The position numbers and the translations under genes were made by a program. This document shows, piece by piece, positions 34,516 through 41,703 of a stretch of 41,703 bases of DNA. The first letter of the stretch is position 1, and the number at the start of each line of letters is the position of its first letter. The notes beneath the pieces were generated by a model. The model saw only the letters and a program-made list of their open reading frames with translations. It ran no database searches and was not told the origin of the DNA. Source of the stretch: Catajapyx aquilonaris. Taxonomy: Eukaryota. The stretch is taken from NCBI GenBank assembly GCA_000934665.2, contig JYFJ02000867.1:62001-103703 (forward strand), written 5' to 3'.

Positions 34516-36630
34516 GGTTTTGCTGGCTAAACTTTCCACTAAAAGGACATCAACTGAACATAATAGTAGCAACTAATATGGCTTTTGAAGCAAACTAATA
34601 GTTACCTCAGGATAAGCAGCTTATTGGCTGACTTGCATTTCAACCTTGGCAGGTAATATGATTTGTTACATGTCTGCTAATGAGAAGTTCCTATATACTG
34701 GTTGAATAGCTTTTCAACCTAATATTGGAAGATGTACTAATTATTAGTAGCTGAAGGACAACAAAGATTGCGCTGACCGCTCCGGACAATTCCGGAACAC
34801 GCTGTGTTTTGAACGTGGGGCCGAAAAGACGAATTTAGAAACGGATCGATTAGGAGAGAACCTTATTAAAAATCCATACCGCAGGTCTGCTGCAGTACAT
34901 GTCTTGGATAATAAATTTATATGATGTGGTCCACTTTCTGGTCTCCAACTATATTTTGTTAAAAAAAATAACCGAAAGGAAAAGTATTCCCGAGCATTAA
35001 CTCTCAAGTCCGAAAAATTAATCCGGGTTTGGTTGTTTTTCAATGTATTATTGAACGCCCGCCTGACAGATAATTCAATACCAAGTAGGTATTTAAATTT
35101 TTAATTACTCTGTCGTGATATGGCAGCCACTTCTTTTTTTCATTCCGAACAATCCATTAAATTTCTGCAGGGTGACATTTTGTGTGCTATAAATTGCGAC
35201 GCATTGTTGGACAGCGATTGTAATCTAAACGAACGCAATTTTGTGTATTAGAGCTTGACATACATACATGTATGTGACGGTTGACGTCACATATGCCGGA
35301 GGTTATTGGTCCCTCAGATGGACTATTATGTCCGCATTAATTTTTGATAGACAGTCTCTCCCCCTCCCCCCTCTGCCTTTTTTGGGGGAGGCTTGTGAGA
35401 TACTCCTACTACTACTATTACTATACTATGAGAGTCGTGCTGGTCGAAATCGTAACCTCGTGATGGTATTGATCTGGCATTAAGTTTTTATAATCAGTCC
35501 AAGGATAGACCACGCAGCCGGTTTTGGTTTCAGTCCAAGTTCTATCCAGACTATACAACGCATTGTGTGATATCAGATATGGCGCTGTATGGAATAATGC
35601 GGGGGTGACTGTACACACACTGCAATGTAATATAGGGTAATGCACTGCTCAAATCCACTTTCATAAGGGTGGGTAGGTAGAGAAATTGAGGCAGTGGCGA
35701 TGCCCAAAAATGAAATTAAAATTTAGCATGTAATTAAAAGTAAAAAAGATAGAAAAATGGACTTACAATAATTGCAGTAGAACATATATAATTTTTTATT
35801 CTAGAATTAATAAGAAGTTAATGCAACACATGGGTGGAATTTTCGTTCCACTGCTAGTTACTACTAACCTAGCAGTAACGAGCAGCAAGAAAATTCGACC
35901 TCATATCTTTAGTTTATTGGAGACTAACGGGACCGGGGACCTGGCAAAAACTGCTGTGGTTTCGGAATATTTTTCTCCAAATAATCGTGTTAGTTTTATG
36001 TAATACTTTTACTTAAAAAATTTAATATAATTTTTGTCATTTTAATATAAATTTTTCAGAATATTTTGAGGGGTGGGCCAAGTATCAACAGTGAATGTAA
36101 ACATGCGATTGTTTGGTCTTGTTTCCATCCGGAGAAATTGGTCACGTAAAGTGGGTCATTTTGAAGGATTATTGTTCATTGCTATTGGCTGGGTAAATGG
36201 ACGTGACTAGTTCGTCTGCCTATAGAAACACGGCTCCGGGAAATTGATATCGGATCTACAACAATGTTGTGGGAGAGTGATACCAGTAATTACGCAACTG
36301 CTATTGAATTGCACCGTTAATTAATTAATGGACGCAGTCGGAACTGGTATAGTCAGTTGTTGCTCTTTGTTAACCGCCCTTGTTGCACACACATCAGGCC
36401 TAAAGGTGACTTGTATCACTGAAGTTCTGGCCTCTATTCTCGCTTATTAATTATGATAATAATATTGATTAATAACTAATAAAAATATATAGTAAGTAAT
36501 TCACGCATACGGCTTTACATAATTCATGAGTGTCGTTGGAACACACTGTATTTGTTGACTTCAGCCACAACTTTCTCTTGCATTGTTTTTAGACTTTGTA
36601 TGAGACCCCTGGAGGGGGTAACGAAAGTCC

Positions 36631-36632
<2 letters not shown>

Positions 36633-36688
<56 letters not shown>

Positions 36689-36761
36689 TGATCAATAATA
36701 GTGTTGTTGAAGAGAGCGAAATGAGAATAGTGGCGAGGGAGAGAGAGAGAGAGAGAGAGAG
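36633..36761. repeat. Two (AG)n microsatellites (36633-36680 and 36739-36761)
   Basis: Perfect AG runs separated by a purine-rich spacer. Confidence 0.96.
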
Positions 36762-39047
36762 GGAGGGGTGTAGCAAAGCAGCAACAGTGTCACGTACCTT
36801 TCTGAATAAATGAAAGAGGAAGATTAGGAGACAATTTGGATCTAAAAAGGGTTGTAATTCTCGCGTGCAGACGACAGTACACAGGGTGGCACACTGTCCA
36901 GCTCCACAGATTCAGATAAAGGAGGAAGGAAACTGGTTAAAAGATTTTGCTGCTTTCACTTTATACCGAAATATTACACACTTTCACACATCAAAATTTG
37001 GCATCGGGTCCGCTACTATAGTATGAAATGTTTATCTAGGAAAAAATTTACATGAAATAGCATTTTAAAGTGTTCCTAATTTCGTCCGCTACAGGCAAGT
37101 TTAGTTCCAACAGCTAAAGGGAGACGAAATTGGGGCAATATAAATAGAATTTAACTTTTTATTTTGCTGATTAGAAAGATACTACATAGTGGCTGTCTTC
37201 ATTTTCCGGACCACTCTGCATACGCAGGCCTGTTCTGACCCCGAGGGTATAAAGTTTCGGACTAAAACCCCGGTACTGATTTTCACCCCCACCGAACACG
37301 TCCGTGCTTTTGCTATAGAGTTAATAATACACACACACTCTTCCTGTCCAGGAATTAGAACCTGCTGGAGGACCGGGTTTTAATATCTGGCTGGCTCCGA
37401 ATCAATAGTGCTTTTTTTTGTTTCTTTTCTTCTTTCACTCCCATCCTCTGCTTTTTGCATATAGCGCCTACCCACTTCTTCCCGGAGGTTGAGGCAGCAT
37501 ACACCTTGCACCGGATTAATTTTTCATGGTCATTTTGTCCGGGACTTCCCCAAAACGCATATGCAGGCCCCTGGAGTTGCGAAAGTTTGCTTCCAGTTTA
37601 ATTCATTGCTTATTGAACGTGGTTGCTGAAGAAGGGAAGGGACATGGAAGCAAACCGAAATGTAGGCGTATATAGTAGTGAGAACAGGTTAAAAGGTCAC
37701 TATACAAACCGATTTTATGAAAGACAAGGTGCGCTGAAAAATGTGCAAAAAACTGTACCGTGCTGGAAAAATAAATCGGGATTTATCAGGCAGAATTTTG
37801 TCTCATGTTTCATGATAGGCATCTGAGCTGGACTGAAAATCTGTCATGTCGCAATCTATCGAAATGCACTCACAGTGAGAGCAGAAAGAGACATGTCATG
37901 CGTAACAGGCTGTCGCAGTCACACATGGAAGATATTACAGTGTTTTCAAATTGATATTGAGTCTGTTTTGACGTGGTTACATCCAAATAAGACAGTTGCG
38001 ATACGTTTGATTTATACAGTCAAACAAAAAGGGGCATTCCAGAGAACATGTGATTTTACAATATCTTGGATTGGACTTAGATTTTTTTTACAATATACGG
38101 TATTATTTAACATCAATGCAGAGAAAACTTTCAATAAGGTATATTTCTATTTAAGTCAAAAAGAATATGCTTCATATCGTTTTAAAATAACTTTTTGTAA
38201 TGTTGCATGTGTAGGGGACAATAATGATTTTATTAAAAATTCCATAAATAGTGTAATAAATAACAAGTGCGTCTGTGATTGTGACCTACATTGTTGCTTC
38301 TATTATACTGATTTCTGGAGTGAATAATTCGTAACATCTGTGCATATCCTCTTTGGTACTGCCGACTTTTGCAGCTCTGCATGAAGGGGATGAAGGCTAA
38401 GCAATAGTGAATTTGTGATGCATTAAATGTGCAGAAATGAAGTTGTGCTCTAAGTGCCCAACTGCCCATCCAAAAGAACTTAATATTCCAGTTGAGGATT
38501 ATGCGGAAAAAAATCAGGCAAAAACAATTTAACTGATGAGCACTGTAAAAATAAGAAGGGGTTTGTTCCAGGGAGATCTGTTAGTAATCCTTTCCGCGTA
38601 ATAATACAGTACACTCTCTTGTGAAACAAGATTTTAAGCATTATAAATTATAACAGTGGAACGTAAGCTATATACCGTGTTCAGCAATCCTACCTGGGTA
38701 ATACAAAGAGAATATATTGAATTACCCTTTTATTTTTAAAAACTGGTAATAAGCCGCTTTTTTACTTCGCATTTTTCCAGTACGAAGCTTGCGGACAATG
38801 TTAATACGTGTATTAGGCTTGATGAAATGCAACACTAAAGCCTCTCCCATCTGAATAGACAAAAGGTATGTTCTATTACACTTTTGTTAGAATTAAAAGG
38901 AGCAAGTAACCGGTTACATAATTTATCCTCAAAGTTGAAGCCTGGTTTTAAATTATTGATGATAATTAAATTTGTGATTTTATAAAAGGGATTATGTGTG
39001 AAGGGTTGTTGGCTCGGTCTCACTTCCAAGAATGGCAAAGGGCCAAC

Positions 39048-39211
39048 GCATTATTAAAACACGCTTTTTCATGGGAATGAGCGCTGTTTGTCCGGGGCGA
39101 CTCATCAGCTGTAGTACCTCTATTCCTCGCCAGACCCTGACAGTGGCAATAGTGTGCAGAGAGGGAGGATGCGCCATCTGTTTTGCCAAGTTTTGTCATT
39201 GGATTCACTAG
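39048..39211 (+). mobile_element. Helitron-like family H copy
   Basis: ctgtttgtccggggcgactcatcagctgtagtacc...gtggcaatagtgtgcagagagggaggatGCGCCATCTg..tgccaagttttg is collinear with 19570-19731. CTAG|T at 39208-39212. Confidence 0.7.
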
Positions 39212-41426
39212 TATTGCATCCTCGTGATAAAAAAAAATCGGATCATTACATTTGAGCTCCAAATAAATGTCCAATTACACCGTGACCTTATCCGCCATTG
39301 TGCTGAAAACACAGGTTTCGGTGTGCTCAGAAAAGTTAGCACATCTGGAAATTTCTGCAGAACTGGAATTTCTCTCTCTAGATGTGGAACTCGAATTGCA
39401 TGACTTGAAGGGTTGAATGAAAGGGGAGAGAGAGGGGTGGAGGGGTTTATTTGCACAATCATGCAAGCCGCAAGGGTTTGCAGATGTGGGATTGGGAATG
39501 AGGGAAGGTGGGGGGTGGTAGGAAGGGGGGTAATGGGAGGGAAGGGGTGCGAAACCACTGAGCACGATAAGGCAAATACCCGTAGTGTTCCGGGAGAAAG
39601 CCTCTTGCCAAGGGGAGGGATTCAAACCCTTACATTGTTCTCTTCTCCGAGGTACAATGTAACTCTGTAACCCTTTTCGGAGTGAAGCAAATTCACAGAG
39701 AGGGCCAAAGTAAGAAGAGTTGCTTGGAGTCCAAGTTAACACAAGCCTCTTCAAGCCAACTGCCTTTACCACTCAAAATTTTCCAACAATGGACCTCTTG
39801 CCGCCAGCTGACGGATTAACTGGAAATTGGATCGGGTTGCCTGCCAGTATACTGAAGAGTGGTGAAATAATAGGAAAAGTGAAGAGGCAGAAAAAAATGA
39901 TTGGTGTTATCTTACACATAATTATAAGGGAAAGTTTGTATGTCCATGGCAACCCCGTCCATGGCATCAAAAATGAATTATTTGTTTATGTTAATTACAT
40001 TATCAGGACGTGCGAAGAACCGTTTCCGCTGCGAGTCCTATACATCATTTGACCACAACAAATGGTCCACTTTCAGGTTGCGACTTTGGCCTTGGAACAA
40101 AGTTATACGACTGACGACTTGCAGATTGAATAAAGCTCCACTCCGCTTTTAGGCTAATTACTTAAAACGAATCTGCTTTAGCCAATGATGCCATATATCC
40201 TGTCAGTTTTATTAGTCACGAATGGAGGTAGGGGACGACCCGGTGTTTTTATAACGCGATTAAAACAAGATCTTGCTTACAAAGGAAAGCAGATCAACAA
40301 TTTCTTCATTCTGTGTATTGCAGCAGTGATTATTAACGACAACAATAATATCGGGGAAAAAATTTTAATAAGTTTTCAAGGTATTCAACTTTTTAAATTG
40401 ATTTCAATATCTTTTTTGGAATTGTCTAGCTGATTTATTTGACATCAATTTGGAACATTTTGTTTGCACAAATTATTTTTCTCACCTCTTGGCCACATAT
40501 TTATGAGACATAATAATATTATGCTCGATTTTGCATTTTTACGTACAAGAAAATGTTCTTCCTTAATAATGCTGAATAACTTTGGACTTCAGGACTGGTG
40601 CGGCAATGACCTAAACTACGACGCCATTACCTCGCTTCTCCGTGAAAAAATAAATAAATAAATAATTTTTGTAGGCCCGTAAAGCCCGGCCTTCCGCAGA
40701 GGTGTAAACCTGGGCCTTATTGACAGGAAAGGGTTCGCGCCATAAAAGTTCTTTTTTTATTATTTTTGCGAAAAGGAGAGCCTGCCATTAGAGAGAGGAC
40801 GACGGAAAAGCCGGAGGTAATGCAGGAAGGAAGTAACGATTACTTGGAGGTCTTGCGCATGCAACCTGGAATGACCATTACCAGCCACGTGTAATTACTT
40901 GGCCGAAAATTTTGTTGCCGGATGTTTCTGTACCCCCCCCCCCCCTTTTTTTTTTGCTGGAAAGCACCGCACCCGATAAGTGATCAAAGGAAGAAGCTTT
41001 TTGAGACTTGAAGACATTGTGCATGTTTGATGGGTTCCGAGATGTTCCTTGGAGCGTGACCAGTTGATCCATTAGAAAAAGGCTCGAGACGGGCCGCAGA
41101 AAGGCGATCAGATTGGCGGTGTTTTTCTCTATCAATTGATAATGTCACGAGTTAGAAAACAAGATGGAGTTTTTTTTCTTCTTCTAAAGGCCTCTTCAGA
41201 CTCAGACCACAACACTTCACTTTTTGTTCTGTACTGTGCCAAACAGCAGGCCTTGCATTATGAATAGGACAATGTTTTAAAAATACAAGCTCTTTTTTGA
41301 TGTTCGGTTGAACAATGGGTGGATAACTCTTGTTTGTTTGTAATTAGCCCGTTCACTGTTCTTTTACTGAGCTGTAGGCGGAATATAGCGTCTAAGGCTG
41401 CTGCAGATTTATTTATCCACGGTTGC

Positions 41427-41640
41427 ATGTAGTACGTACCAGGCACGATCCTGAAAGTGGCAATAGTGCGCCACCTATGCGAGGGATGTGGTATAGTACA
41501 GTATAGTGGTGGAAATTAATGGAGAAGCACAAGTATTGCCGGAGTTTTTCCTCTTTACATGAAGCTTTATGTAAATGAAAGCTCTGCCCGGCGGCGATAC
41601 TTGTGCTTCTTCATTAATTTCCACCACTGTACTACAGGGA
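41427..41640 (+). mobile_element. Helitron-like family H copy interrupted by a MITE
   Basis: gtagtac...ctgaaagtggcaatagtGCGCCACCTAtgcgaggga matches family blocks. Removing the MITE restores the family motif AGTACTAC. Confidence 0.6.
41504..41629. mobile_element. Tc1/mariner-type MITE (126 bp)
   Basis: 38-bp TIRs (41504-41541 and 41592-41629) match at 35/38, terminus (C/T)AGTGGTGG. TA on both sides (41502-41503, 41630-41631). Inner hairpin TTTACAT/ATGTAAA. Confidence 0.92.
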
Positions 41641-41703
41641 CAGTCTGGTGGTCTTGGCACGTGTTATAGCATCGCTTCTATTATTTCTGCCTACAACAAT
41701 GGC

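Noticed and set aside
39050..39120. Hammerhead-like CUGAUGA-GUC...GAC-AAAC on the minus strand (similar at 28761 on the plus strand)
   Set aside because: The GAAA core lacks its G, there is no stem I partner after a cleavage triplet, and stem II does not pair in the 28761 copy.
19594..39274. Shared peptide SSLSAHYCH in two ORFs
   Set aside because: Both are translations of the same non-coding Helitron-like repeat.

Overview
This is AT-rich (about 60% by eye) eukaryotic, most likely invertebrate-animal, non-coding DNA: a large intron or intergenic regulatory region. I recognise no protein-coding gene, tRNA, rRNA or CRISPR array. The listed ORFs look like chance ORFs or translations of repeats. 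The window is a mosaic of short non-autonomous DNA transposons: Helitron-like elements (TC...hairpin-CTAG), two TA-flanked Tc1/mariner-type MITEs, a Sola2-like TIR element with an ATAT TSD, a three-copy TIR MITE family, and a TIR element carrying (CCTAA)n. Micro- and minisatellites, palindromes and G-runs fill the rest. The most interesting signals are a strong AG|GTGAGT recursive-splice-like site followed by a GC donor, a 3-nt microexon candidate, and three TE families that each carry a transcription-factor-like motif (CTCF-like, RFX X-box, YY1/Pho). All functional interpretations are hypotheses made by eye, without database searches.
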